A DNA stretch of 62,918 bases, the filler included, from Hausera hauseri (taxonomy: Eukaryota): assembly GCA_046269625.1 (NCBI GenBank). It is 11 parts of 11 records of this genome, joined end to end, with 100 filler letters (N's around TTAATTAATTAA, not from the genome) between each part and the next. Parts side by side here need not be neighbours in the genome. Positions count along the whole stretch, not along the records: positions 58,723 to 62,918 come from JBJURY010707659.1; 10 more parts are not named here. The stretch is one strand, 5' to 3'. The notes beneath the pieces were generated by a model. It ran no database searches and was not told the origin of the DNA. It saw only the letters and a program-made list of their open reading frames with translations. The first letter of the stretch is position 1, and the number at the start of each line of letters is the position of its first letter. Positions 62,806-62,918 of the stretch are shown here, piece by piece. The position numbers and the translations under genes were made by a program.

Positions 62806-62918
62806 TAGTTGGACGGGAGGAGTTGGCCCCAACCCCCCCCCGGGAAGGAAGGAAGCCAATAGGAGGAGAACACGTCATCGAGGGGAAGGGAAACTGGCGA
62901 ATGAGAAGAGGACACGTC

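Noticed and set aside
59272-62915. His/Thr/Pro-rich ORFs on the minus strand
   Set aside because: Translations of the GT-rich satellite; open in several frames only because the repeat rarely forms stops.
1-62918. One giant integrated virus or operon-like cluster joining env, Polinton capsid, pPolB and RING
   Set aside because: These lie on different contigs separated by artificial linkers; order and proximity carry no information.

Overview
This window is not contiguous DNA. It is 11 short contigs joined by an artificial 100-nt linker (44 N + TTAATTAATTAA + 44 N): 1-5675, 5776-11308, 11409-18044, 18145-22344, 22445-29945, 30046-34991, 35092-41059, 41160-45794, 45895-50150, 50251-58622 and 58723-62918. 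Adjacency across linkers is meaningless. The DNA is from an AT-rich animal genome with tiny (~50 nt) GT-AG introns. Host content: an intact ABCF3, LIN-9, a frameshifted LRWD1, a decayed MTMR3/4-like gene, and T-box, SCAP and RPAP3_C fragments. Most of the rest is mobile or viral: several Ty3/Gypsy fragments, Polinton/Maverick capsid-integrase and pPolB modules, DD37E and mariner transposase remnants, and a 3.5-kb GT-rich satellite. The best candidate for an undescribed system is a retroelement seen as two independently decayed copies (contigs 1 and 9). Its consensus long ORF reads: helical region - ubiquitin-like domain - internal signal peptide - chuvirus-like class III fusion glycoprotein - TM - PTAP tail. 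In contig 9 this is followed directly by an aspartic protease and the start of a Gypsy-type pol, so env lies BEFORE pol. A separate contig carries an intact >=541-aa ORF with a C3HC4 RING that ends in a polypurine tract and LTR-like start; it may be the 3' end of the same or a related element. All family calls are by motif recognition by eye; no searches were run.
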